Shown here: positions 49,997-62,470 of the stretch, one piece after another
Layout of the letters: every line of letters begins with the position of its first letter
Position numbering within the stretch: the stretch's first letter is position 1
Origin: Octopus vulgaris
Lineage: Eukaryota
Length of the DNA stretch: 64,000 bases
NCBI GenBank assembly: GCA_951406725.2
Contig: OX597826.1
Location: forward strand, 13,702,001-13,766,000
Direction: 5' to 3'
Notes under the pieces: model-generated
Database searches by the model: none
The model's input: only the letters and a program-made list of their open reading frames with translations
Told to the model about the DNA's origin: nothing
Made by a program: the position numbers and the translations under genes

Positions 49997-51010
49997 GAGA
50001 GATATCAGCCATACTGGTATGGCATAATCGACATTTTCTGTAGCAATATGGATGTCTAGAGGCATCCTTTTTTCTTTTGTTGATCAAGTATTAAGTAACT
50101 ATTTCGCGTCCTTGGGTGGCGAATGTGTAATATTCTATATGAAGTATGATGTGTCTGTCGCAGGTCCAGGAGAAGTCAATGTTGGTATTTTCCAGTTTGC
50201 AGCATCTATACCAATGCATAACTTTCTGTTGTTATGTCGAATAGTTCTTCTCTATTTTAATAGATCAGTCTCTGTTTAGATTGTTCTCTGTTTAAATAGA
50301 TCAGTCCAGACACCTTCGTTTCAAATGTAACAGTTGCACACTCACACTATCACGGGTCCTTCATCTAATCTCATATTGTTATGACCTTGGCTATTGGATA
50401 TACATGCGATGTACTCACTTTTCCCTTTTCTGTTCAGTAAATGATTGTCAAAGTAACATGAAACGGTATTCAAAGGCCGTCTCAACTGATTCTTTTCCCC
50501 ACCCTACTCCAATCCCTGCATCTAACATAGATCTTGCACGTGTCTCATCAGTATTCATATGGAAGTTACCGGTTAGCGTTAGTATGTTCCTAAACCTGAT
50601 GTCCAAACTGTGCACTTCTTAATGTGCTCAATCTAGTATCCCAAATCTTAGTACACGTTCTGACACTACGAAAGTGTTGTGGAATATATTTTTATTGAAT
50701 TCAGTCATCTCCTTCCGGAGCCTATTAAAGTTTGTATGAGCAATATTCTCGTAATTTCCAAGGTATTTTTATCATTCATTACTAGTCATTGCAGAGGTTA
50801 GACGGGCCATAGACCTCCATAATTCTCGCTTAGTTGACAATCTTCGACAGCAAAATAGGAACACTTTACGCGAACAATATTTTCTACGGCTCGTGAGAAT
50901 GTTATGACCAGTTCTGGCTGTCTCTTGGTGTCATGAATATTATTCGAGTACAGCTTAAGATCGTCATCAAAAAAACGGGCTGTCGGAGATTTTCATTATC
51001 CTTTCATCTG
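49997..51010 (-). mobile_element. Old, highly degenerate RLE-type (R4/Dong-like) LINE remnant
   Basis: Minus strand DDDLKLYSNN, KYLGNYENI and CRLC-like remnants. Confidence 0.6.
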
Positions 51011-51527
51011 CAGATCCTATCATATAGCATTTGCATTTACTTAACTAGAGAGTCAAAAGTTTCACTGCCAAGACGAAAAGCAAATGTATGCGGGTATATA
51101 TATATATATATATATATATGTATGCACATAAGTACGTGTTAAGAAACATCCCTTAGTATATGTATATGTGTGTGCGTGTTTGTGTGTTTGTGTCTGCGTG
51201 CGCACGTGTGTGTATAAATATATTGTTGTTTTTGTTGTTGTTGCTGGTGCTGGTGTTGTTGTTTTTGTTGTTTCACAAATCTCTGGGCAATTAATTTTTA
51301 TTTGTTCGTCAGTATTTTCCATCTAACTGGTGTCGCTGAATTTTCCAACATCAACACCGCGTGACCTTTCTCCACCAATCGCGGGGTAATAAACATTGGC
51401 TCTCTTCAATCTAATTCTCATTCAGACTCCAATGGCCGAAGACCATCCGCGTGCTTGAAATTTAGAGTACCAAGTAATCTGATTCAAACTGGTTTGGTGC
51501 ATACATACATACATGTATGTATGGATG

Positions 51528-51561
<34 letters not shown>

Positions 51562-52022
51562 TGTATGTATGTATGGTTCGGCCGTCGTCCATGCAACATC
51601 TATATTCCTCCCTGTGCCTTTGAAACCTTATATCCCTGCCGTAAGGCTTTATTTCCACACACACCAGCTTAATTTAATTCGTCCTCAGTCGAAAGATACC
51701 TGTTGTTTTGTCCTGTAATTTGTATTTGTGTAACATTCTCTGTTTTTTTTCCTGTCATTGTTTTCGTAAACATTTGCTTCTATCTTCCAAGGAATCTAAT
51801 GCTCTTAGCTTAGTTTTTCCTTGGAGCTGGCCAGACTGGAGCAATCTTGTGTTTAGCCATACGAAATTGCAAAGATAATCTGGAACTAGACAGAGGAAAG
51901 AAAACTCTGAATGACCTGTCTTTGCTTTCTTTCTATCGTCTATCTGGATATTTTGTTGTCCATTTTTTTGTATCAACTAACTGTCTGGATGTTTTGCGTT
52001 CTTGTCCCATTTTGTGTGTGTA

Positions 52023-52073
<51 letters not shown>

Positions 52074-52572
52074 CAGCTATTAACTGGTATAAAAAGAAGC
52101 TTCTCCAGTATTTATTGTTAAATATATATTTTTCAACGTTTAAAAAAATAAGTTGACATATTTAGGAAGGTACTCCAAAGATCTGATGAGATAAACGTGA
52201 TACAGGTACATCAGGTAAACCTAGGAATCCTGAAAATCGTTTAACCAGAAAACTTAAACCGAAGCTCAACTTCCGATGTGAACTTACTTTATTGAACGAT
52301 TAATTCGGTCTCTAAGAAACTTCAAAAACTACGTATATATACTATGGATTTTATAACCTGCTCAAAATCCTTCTACATCTTAAGTCACGGAGGGATTTCT
52401 CCTAAAATCTATTCCCTAAGAAATTCAGATGGCGACAGGGGAAAACTAAATGCCATTTTCAGCATTCATTAAACGTTCGCCTATCCACAGGTATTTGTTT
52501 TTTCTCGATATCTGACCATTATTTACTGTGATATCCAGATACATTGTTGTGTTTTACATAATTTATTTACAG

Positions 52573-52651
52573 AAGGCGTGATGAAAATGGTGTGTGAAGT
52601 TTTTGATCGATTTTCGCTTGAAGCTAATAAAAGAAAACTCGCAGCTAGGTT
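52573..52651 (+). CDS. Candidate exon 6: linker (phase 1 to 2)
   Basis: tttatttacag|(E)GVMKMVCEVFDRFSLEANKRKLAAR tt|gtaagt; only the required frame is open. Confidence 0.5.
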
Positions 52652-52694
52652 GTAAGTATTGTAGCAGTCTAACAAATATCATTCTATATTCTCT

Positions 52695-53318
52695 TTACTC
52701 TGTTTTACTCTTTTACTTGTTTCAGTCATTTGACTGCGGCCATGCTAGAGCACCACCTTTTTAATCGAGCAACTCGACCCCGGGACTTATTCTTTTGTAA
52801 GCCCAGTACTTATTCTATCGGTCACTTTTGCCGAACCGCTAAGTAACGGGGACATAAACACACCAGCATCGGTTGTCAAGCAATGCTAGGGGACAAACAC
52901 AGACACAGAAACACACACACGCATACATATATACGACGGGATTCTTTCAGTTTCCGTCTACCAAATCCACTCACAAGGCTTTGGTCGGCCCGAGTCTATA
53001 GTAGAAGACACTCGCCCATGGTGCCACGCTGTGGGACTGAACCCGGAACCATGTGGTTCGTAAGCAAGCTACTTACCACACAGCCACGCCTGCGCCTTTC
53101 ACATTTATTTTTTATCTTACACTTGTTTCAGTCGTTAGACTGCGGCCAAAGCTTTTATTCGAATGAATGGACCCAGTACTTATATTTTTATACTGGGTAC
53201 TTCTATTTTTATACCGGGTACTCTTTTTATCGGGGTCGCTTGCCGGACCGCTGAATTAAGGGGATGTAAATACACCAACACCAGTTGTCAAGCGGCAGTG
53301 GGTGACTCACAAACGCGT

Positions 53319-53355
<37 letters not shown>

Positions 53356-53485
53356 CGACCGCTTCTTTCAGTTTCCGTCTACTAAATTCCCTCACATGAC
53401 TTTGGTCGGCCCGAGGCTAGAGTAGAAGATACTAGATCATGGTGCCACGCAGTGGGACTGAACCTGGAACCATGTGATTGGGAAG
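52695..53485 (-). mobile_element. Two adjacent octopus-type SINEs (52695-53095, 53115-53485)
   Basis: Family motifs. Confidence 0.85.
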
Positions 53486-54159
53486 TAATTATGTGGATAA
53501 AATTTATTCTGTTACTCTGTACCGAAGATGCGTCCTATTGAATTAGATATATTATTGAGATGTTCCAGCTGTAACCACCCAATCTTTATTCAGACTACAT
53601 CGTGAACTGAGGGAAATTTAGCTATATTTCTAGCACATCGATCAAACCTCTTCGCAAGTGATAGAAATAGTTTGTAACAGAATGTGAATGCAGACAACGT
53701 ATTATATGGAAGAGAATTCTAAATATAAGTATCCAGTGGAAACATACATAAATCTGCACAAAAGACACACACACATACACACGCACGCACACATACACAC
53801 ACACACACACATACGCATCCATCCATCAATCCATCCATACATACATACATACATACATACATACATACATACATACATACATAAATACATACAGGTGTAT
53901 GTGTGTATAGGAGGAGCACTCCGTCGGTTACGACGACGAGGGTCCCAGCTGATAGGATCAACGGAACAGCTTGCTCGTGAAATTGAAGTGCAAGTGGCTG
54001 AGCATTCCACAGACACCCGTACTCTTAACGTACTTCTCAGGGAGATTCAGCGTGACACAAAATGTTAAGACGCCGGCCCTTTGAAATACAGGTACTACTC
54101 ATATTTGCCAGCGAAGTGGACTGGACCAACGTGAAATAAAGTGTCTTGCTCGAAGACTC

Positions 54160-55270
54160 AACGTTTCTCCTCACCTCCCCACTCCACTTTGCCCTTACAA
54201 AGAACCATTGTCCAAACCTTCCGGCGACTCCAGTCCAACCCCTCCACTTCGCACATCTTCCCCCAACCTACCCCATCTCTCCTTCAAATGAGCCCACAAC
54301 CTACGTGACTTCCTGGTCCACAGTTTCTTCCCAAACCCAACCTCCAAACTTGGTTCGTTCCCCTGCTCCAGCCCACGCTGTCGCACTTGCCCCTACCTCT
54401 CCAACACCACAATCCTCACAGACACCCATCATCGTCCCCATCATATCACCGACTCCTTTACCTGCACTTCTAGCAACGTCATTTACTGCATCTCCTGCTC
54501 TTTCTACCCTTCTCTGTAAATCGTTCAAACTGGACGTCGCTTGGCTGACCGATTCGCAGAGCACCTCCGAGGCATTACACTAGGCAAGGACACCCCGGTC
54601 TCACACCATTTCCCCTCTACCGGTCAATCATTACAACACCCGCCTGTGTTCAGATTTTCTTTGCATTGGGGCCATCCGCACTCCCGCCTTCGCCATCAAT
54701 TAATCTTCTCTCTTCGCTCTTTTGCTCTGCATGGGCTCAACTCCCCTCCCATCTTCATCTGACTCCACTCCTCTCCTCTCTTCATCTGACACCTACTTCC
54801 TCTCTTCACTCCTACCCAACTTCTCTCTTCATTGATACCCCCTCCATCCACACTCCACCCCCACACATCCCACTCCCATATACCCAAACCATCGCCCCAC
54901 ACTACATCCTCATCTCCACGTCTTCACACCGCACCCAGATATTACAGATGCACACACACACACACGTACACATTCATACACCAAAGTTACCAGCGCCTAT
55001 CCACACACACACTTACACACTCTCTCACACACACACGCACGCGTACATCCGTTTTGGGATCGCCAGTACTTTTTTTATCTCCCCTTCTTCCTAGCTCTCC
55101 TGTCAAATTATTTTTCCCAACCAGTTGCCATGATTGATCGCTAAATCCACAATTATTTATTTTTTTGTTATTCTCTTTCTGTTTATTTCCTCATATTCCT
55201 TTCTGCTGAAGAGCATAGGCTCGAAACGTAAAAGACATTCTCACTTTCTTGAGTGTCAAACTAATACAAA
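54160..55270 (+). mobile_element. Penelope-like remnant (GIY-YIG) with downstream hammerhead-like motif at ~55203-55230
   Basis: CSSPRCRTC, SFTCTSSNVIYCISC, QTGRRLADRFAEHLR; CTGCTGA aGAGC atag GCTC GAAACGTA. Confidence 0.75.
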
Positions 55271-55534
55271 TAAAGTAAATTTTAAAAGAGTCAAATGGAA
55301 GAGTAAGTACAGTTAGGCAGCTTTTTAATCGCTACAAAAGTTTCGATACGTACAGATCCTCGTATATATAGGATTTAAAGTTAAGTTTGGATTACATTCT
55401 TTAACGATTTGCCTGTATAAGAAGATCTAGATGTATCTCCTCAGTCGATAATCAGTTGCTGTCTCCGTAAGCAAAATTTAGATTTCCCTGCTACAACATC
55501 CATAAGAATACTACCGGCTATTTGGGAATTCTAA

Positions 55535-55581
55535 GGATGTTGGGGGGACAAAAACATACACACACGAACATACACACACGA

Positions 55582-55612
<31 letters not shown>

Positions 55613-55792
55613 CACATACATATATACGACGAGCTTCAATCAGTTTCCGTCTACCAAGTCCACTCACGAAGATTTGGTCGGCCCGAGGCTATAGTAGAAA
55701 TCACTTGCCCAAGGTGCCACGCAGTGGGACTGAGCCCGGAGCCATGTAGTTTGGTAAGCTAGCTACTTACCACACAGCCACTCCTGCACCTA
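55535..55792 (-). mobile_element. Octopus-type SINE (5' half)
   Basis: Family head motifs. Confidence 0.8.
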
Positions 55793-56644
55793 TACATATA
55801 TATATATATGTGTGTGTATATATATATATATTATATATGATACATACATACATACATACATACATACATACATACATACATACATACATACACACATACA
55901 TACATACATACATAATATCATACATATAATATTCATCTCTTAACCTCCCTCATACATATATATACATACATATATACATACATATATATATATACATATA
56001 TAATACAAAAATGGGATAAGAACGCAAAACATCCAGATAGTTAGGTGATGCAAAAAAGGGACTACAAAACATCCAGATGGACGATAGAAAGTAAATAAGG
56101 ACGCTTCATTCGGAGTTTTTTATCCTCAGTCGAGTTCCAGATTATCTTTGCAATTTCGGCAGGTTATACTCGAGATTACTCCAATGTGGCCATCCCCAAG
56201 GAAAAACTAAGCTAAGAGCTCTAGATTCCTTGGAGGAAAGCAGTGAATGTATACGAAAACAACGACAGAAAAAACGGTGAAATGGTACACAAATACAAAC
56301 AATAGGACTGCTTGTGTGTGTGTGTCACTTGACAACACTAGTGTTTGTGTGTTTGCATCCCCGTAACATAGCGGTTCGGCCTGAGTGACCGATAGAATTA
56401 GTACAAGGCTAAAAAGAATGTCCTAGGGTGGGTTTGTTCGATTAAAAACCCTCCAAGGTGGTGCTCCAGCATAGCCACAAATGACTGAAACAAGTAAAAG
56501 ATAAAAGGTACACATACCTACCTACCTACCTACATACATACATACATACATACATACATACATACATACATACATACACACATACATACAGGCACATGAT
56601 GATGGCAACAACATATATACATACATACATACATACATACATAC

Positions 56645-57275
56645 ATTATTATGGCTGTCCTTGTTATTGAGTATGGCCATTGCACGAAGCTTAACTGTTA
56701 TTGGTGATGTGATCGAATGTGACATTTTAGCCCAGCTTGTACAGAATTGGCAGCTAAAACCTTTACCGGTAATGACCGGTTGTAGTTGTAACTGGGCTTC
56801 ATATACCTTTGCATGTCGTTTAAGTCTTCCTGCCGAATTACACTCTCTTCCACATGCCTGACAGATATGATTTGTATGGTGTGTAACACCACCACCAGTG
56901 TCCAGGTTGTCATTCTGTCTCGCTTTATGACTACGAAGATGACTCTTGAGTCCAGCTTTACTGAGGCAGGATCTTGCACAGACATTGCATGTAAGAATCA
57001 TAGGAAGACCGTTCCCATCTAGAAGTGTAACAGCGATGCCCTTCCTGACATCCCTCCTTACTTTCTCATGCGCAACTCGAGATTTCTCAAAAGTAGCTGT
57101 CCCCTCGTGCACAATCCTTCTCCACCTGCTACGATCAATAGCTATGCCCTCCCATGTGTCAGGAGAGATGCAAGCATTTCTTAAGGAAGCCTTCAGCAAG
57201 TCGTTATACCTCTTTTTTGGTTTATGCGGAGGTCCTTTTCCTTTAGCTAAATCACCATAAAAGAGTTGTTTTGGC
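56645..57275 (-). mobile_element. RTE-clade LINE 3' fragment with C-terminal C2H2 zinc fingers, flanked by (ACAT)n
   Basis: PKQLFYGDL..GK..PKKRYNDLLK..WE..A.DRSRWR (RTE C-terminus), CNVC..GLKSHLRSH, CQAC..LKRH, CQFC. Confidence 0.85.
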
Positions 57276-57316
57276 ATACATACATACATACATACATACA
57301 TACATACATACATACA

Positions 57317-57350
<34 letters not shown>

Positions 57351-57412
57351 CTTACATAGATACATACACACGTGAGCTTTCATTCATACATGTATATATC
57401 TATTTGTTTTAG

Positions 57413-57642
57413 GTTAGATTTTCAAGTTGGTGTTTGGGAGCAGGCTTCGACTGAGGAAATAGAAAGAAGTGACACGGGAGAGGAATCACAAAGAAGTGAC
57501 ACGGAAGAGGTATCACAGAGAAGTGACACGGAAGAGGTAACACAAAGAAGTGACACGGAAGAGGAATCACAAAAAAAGTGACACGGAAGAGGAATCACAA
57601 AAAAGTGGAATCACAGAAGAGGAATTACAAAAAAGTGACTGA
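57413..57642 (+). CDS. Candidate terminal exon 7: acidic 8-aa repeat tail; as assembled it stops at 57581 because of one extra A
   Basis: tttgttttag|g LDFQVGVWEQASTEEIE(RSDTEEESQ-like)n; phase 2 matches exon 6. Removing one A from the A7 run at 57571-57577 reads to TGA at 57640-57642, which overlaps AATAAA. Confidence 0.5.
57464..57639 (+). repeat. 24-bp minisatellite (~7 units, agtgacacggaagaggaatcacaa)
   Basis: Directly visible. Confidence 0.92.
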
Positions 57643-57680
57643 ATAAAGAAGGACTTTAATTCATAACTCCTATCAATAAA
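57642..57680 (+). terminator. Candidate polyadenylation signals (AATAAA at 57642 and ~57675)
   Basis: Hexamers immediately after the predicted stop; common by chance in AT-rich DNA. Confidence 0.35.
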
Positions 57681-57824
57681 TGGAACTGTGAATTGACTTC
57701 GTATAGGATAGTGAATTGAACATTTTGAGCAGTAAAGAAGAAACAAAAAACCTTTTAATTTCTTTTCAGTGTTAAAGTTGTCAGATCGCAATTTCAAAAA
57801 GTTTGGTCTCATATATTTTTTTAT

Positions 57825-58350
57825 TCTGTTATCTACGTTAAATATTTGCTCGGGAAGAAACCCGTTTTCTTCGACGATCTTCTTCAATGTCGCAGAAAGT
57901 TCCGCTGCCGCGTGTTCGTCGCCTGATGCGCTTTTGCCTTGCTTTTTAAGGAAGTGATAACTTGTCCGGTTTTTAAATGTCATAAACCATCCTTGGCTCA
58001 CCTTGAACTCTACATCTTACTCATCTGGATATTTTTTGATTCAGGTCCTCGAACAAAGACAACGCTTTCTCCTGAACAATTTCTTGACTAAGAGTAGCAT
58101 TCTGACGATTCTGCCTATCAATACAATTAGATAAAAAAAACTTCCCATTTCTTCAAAGATTTTGCCTCTTTTATCGTTTATGACAGTAAATTTCATCCCT
58201 AGAGTTTCAGCATCTTTTAGTATCTTTTCCCTAATGCTCAGTCGTCGATATAGTTGTCCGACGCTCTCCAACAGATCGTGCAATCGCTGTTTTATCATCG
58301 CCAACTTATCGCGTTACAGCGTGACGCTTAGCACTTTCACCTGGACTTTT
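57825..58350 (-). mobile_element. Tigger/pogo transposase pseudogene fragment
   Basis: SQGWFMTFKNR...QGKSASGDEHAA...FLPEQIFNVD (CENP-B-type HTH leading into DDE). Confidence 0.8.
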
Positions 58351-58744
58351 CTTAGGAGGCAAGGAGGTAGAAATTAAACCTACAAATCAATGTAAATGAG
58401 AGAATCTAAACGATAACAAACGTAGACAAATCTGAATTCAAAACAATCGCGGTAAATCACGACGACGCCTAACGGTAAATATTGGAACTACCAGTGCAAT
58501 ATAAGCCCCGAAAGACAACACAGCTAATTTCGTGCTTTAGTGAACTACGCTTCTCTTCTTTATAGAGCGTATTTTAGCATTTACTGTATTTTAATATGAT
58601 TGTATATGCTTTTAATCTTATGTAATGTAATATGATTTAAGGTGCTTTTAATGTCTTTAAGTGTTTCATGATTCCAATATCATTGGCATATCGCCGTAAA
58701 GTCGAGTAAAACGGCTTGATTTTTACTTTTTTTCTCTTTTTTAT

Positions 58745-59005
58745 TTCTCTTTTATCTCTTTTACTTGATTCAGTCATTTGACTGCGGCCATGCTGAGGCA
58801 CCGCCTTTAGCCGAGTAAATCGACGCCAGCATTTATTCTTTGAAAGCCTAGTACTTATTTTATCGGTCTCTTTTTGCCGAACCGCTAAGTTACGGGTACG
58901 TAACACACCAGCATCGGTTCTAAAGCGATGTTGGGGGACAAACACAGACACACAAGCATACACACACACACATACACACATATATAAATATATATATATA
59001 TATAC

Positions 59006-59091
<86 letters not shown>

Positions 59092-59256
59092 CACGACGGA
59101 CTCCTTTCAGTTTCCGTCTACCAAATCCACTCCCAAGGCGTTGGTCGGCCCGAGGCTATAGTAGAAGACACTTGCCCAAGGTGCCATGCAGTGGGAATGA
59201 ATCCGGAACCATGTGTTTTGTAAGCAAGCTACTTACCACACAACCAAACCTGCGCC
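58745..59256 (-). mobile_element. Full-length octopus-type SINE
   Basis: Family motifs with internal (TA)n. Confidence 0.88.
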
Positions 59257-59625
59257 TATAAAAGATATTATTTTTGAAAACTGATGTATTTCTGTGAACA
59301 ACTTAAATCGAAACGATTTAAGCTGAAGTATCCCTATATATATATGTTTATATATGCGTGTGTGTGCATATGTGTGTCTTCGTGTAAGTGTGTGTATGTA
59401 TATATATACATATATATATATATATGTCTTTGTGTGTACATATACATATATATATACATATATATATACACACACATATATATATATATATAGGTCGACT
59501 TTGCCTTTCATCCTTTCAGGGTCGATAAATTAAGTACCAGTTACGCACTGGGGTCGATATAATCGACATAATCCGTTTGTCTGTCCTTGTTTGTTCCCTC
59601 TGTGTTTAGCCCCTTGTGGGTATAA

Positions 59626-59675
<50 letters not shown>

Positions 59676-60632
59676 CTGTATCTGTGTAGCTCTGTCTGTA
59701 TGTATATGCACGAACATAAGACTACTTGTCTAAGTACTAATCTTCCTCTGACTTTCTACTTCTTTTTCCTCTAAGCAGTTATGATAGCGAAAGCAGATCT
59801 ATCTAAACTGTCACCCAAGATTTCCACGTTCATATTTGAATATTTTGCGTCTTTAAAATATTATTTGTTTTTATTCGTTTCCTAACTTGATGCTTATATT
59901 ACAAGCTAGCCGACACTAAAAATCTCTTGTGAGACATCTTTATCAATGTACTTGAAGAGACCCAGATTGATGGGTCGAAATATATGTTGCACCTAATAAA
60001 AGTCTAATACAAAATCCATCTACTCTTAATTAATTAATATTATTACATATGCGTGCGTGTGCGTACGTGTGCATGTGTGTGCGTATGTGTATGTCAGTGT
60101 ATGCATGTGCCTGTGCGTGTGCGTATACACTGTATAAATGCGAGTGTATGTGGTTATGTATGTATGTTTAGTCCCGAAAGGGGCCGGAGCGGTGTACCCA
60201 CGAGAGAAGTGAATTTCATTTTCGAAATTTGCGTTCCAAACAAAATGTCGTCCGTAAATAACAATCATAATTTCCTACGAGAAATAACTCAACTTTTACA
60301 TCTACAAATCTCCCTTCTTTCTATCATCATCAATCTATATTATTTACCAGACTCTTTATCTTCCTTTATCTCTCTCTATTCTCTCTCTTTCTCTCAGCCC
60401 TTTCTCGGTGCATATGTGTTATGTCACGCATTGCTTTCATTTTGTTTAAAACTTCGCTTTCTAATGTTTTGCTTTCATTTTATCACAGATGTCACTAAAA
60501 CTCCTGTTTTCTGATTGGGTAAAAATGACCAAAAGTTAAACTACTCTAACAATCTTCTAAGATTCTTCAGGAATTATAAATATAAATTATAAACTCGTAT
60601 TCAGTGTGAGAAAGTACGTCAATAAGCCAAAT

Positions 60633-60733
60633 TTATCGGTCTCTTTTGCCGAACCGCTAAGTTACGGGGACGTAAACACACCAGCATCGGTTGTCAAGCG
60701 ATGTTGGGGGAAAACAAAGACACACAAACATAC

Positions 60734-60822
<89 letters not shown>

Positions 60823-61066
60823 TGAGTGTATTTTACCTTGTTACAATTAACACATAAATAAATGAATAGTTACAGGGCAGTATATATATATATATATATA
60901 TACATATATATACGACGGGCTTCTTTCAGTTTCCGTCTATGAAATCCACTCACAAGGCTTTGGTCGTCCCGAGGCTATAGTAGAAGGCACTTGCGCAAGG
61001 TGCCACACAGTGGGAATGAACCCGGAACCATGTGGCTGGTAAGCAAGCTACTTACCACACAGCCGC
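60633..61066 (-). mobile_element. Octopus-type SINE, 3'-truncated
   Basis: Family motifs. Confidence 0.85.
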
Positions 61067-61719
61067 TAAACTTTGATTTAATTTTAAAATTTCAAAATCA
61101 GTGACAGCAACAGAAAAGATCTCTCTATTTGTCTATCTGTTTCATGTTTTGATTTTCTCATAGTAAACTTTTCTCCTTTCTATATTTATTTACCTCATTC
61201 TCTAAATCAAAGTATATTACTCGCGCTGAGTATGTATTGGGGCGTTTGTCAATTCAAGTGTGTAAAGAATTTCATTAATGTGACAGTGTGACTTAAAACA
61301 ATATGTAAAAGATGATTTGTCTTAATATTATACTTTTCTGTTAGTAAATGTTTTTCTTACATACACACACACACACAGATTCGCTTGATACGTGGTAAGG
61401 GATTAAAAATTTAAATTACATTTTGTTTTACTTGCTTAAATACCATCAATGGACCATCGCATCATCATTCTAGAAAATGTGTTCATAGGAAGAAAACATA
61501 TTGAAAAACATCAATACACGGCACAGTGACAAAGAAACGAGTATGGTAGCAGATGGTCATGGGATGAGCTAGACATAATAGTTAAATCACCCTTAAAACA
61601 CACACCAATTCTCTTGAAAGTTATTTTGAAATTATAATGAGAAACAAATTGCACATTCGATCTATCCATTTTTTAAAACTGTGATTTTACAAAAATGGGA
61701 AAAAAACTGAAATTTTAGG

Positions 61720-62292
61720 ATTTATGAAGGGGTGGCGTTAATGAAAACTTTAAAAATTTCACTATTGCTTTTAAATATGTTCATTTTCTCTTTCAAAATA
61801 GAGGAAATGAGGATTGTATTGGCGTGCGCCTTTTTCTTTCTCTTTCTAAAAACAACTTCAAGGCTTCTCTCATCGTTTTTAAGTGTGCAGTGTAAGAAAA
61901 GCGAAAAGTTATCCAAAATCGTACAGTGTTGGGGAGAGGTGTTTGAAAACTTCAGAGATTTTCAAAATTTTGAGAATTTTTTAAATTTTTACTTAAAAGG
62001 CGTCTCCAATTGTTTTTTTTTTTCTTTTTTTTCTTTTTTAAGTGTGAAGAGCAAAAAAAACCAAAAAAATAAAGTTCGTCCGGAAGGAAGAGACGTGGGA
62101 TTCAGAAAGTTTCAAAAATTTCTAATCATAAAAAGATTTCCTTTATCATTTACAAGGGTGTAGTGGAAAAAGAACCCTGAGAAATCCCCGTCAAACGGAG
62201 AAAATTCAACTTACGTGTGTGTGCTATTCTGAAAGTCTGCCAAGGCATTCTATTGTGAAAATTACCTGGCAACGACGGGATACTCAGCTACT
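61720..62292 (+). mobile_element. Possible Helitron 3' region
   Basis: Ends cctggcaacgacgggatactcagctact, resembling a degenerate hairpin plus CTAG terminus. Confidence 0.4.
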
Positions 62293-62298
62293 GTGTGT

Positions 62299-62470
<172 letters not shown>

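Noticed and set aside
57464-57639. CRISPR-like array
   Set aside because: Head-to-tail 24-mers without unique spacers, no cas genes, eukaryotic context.
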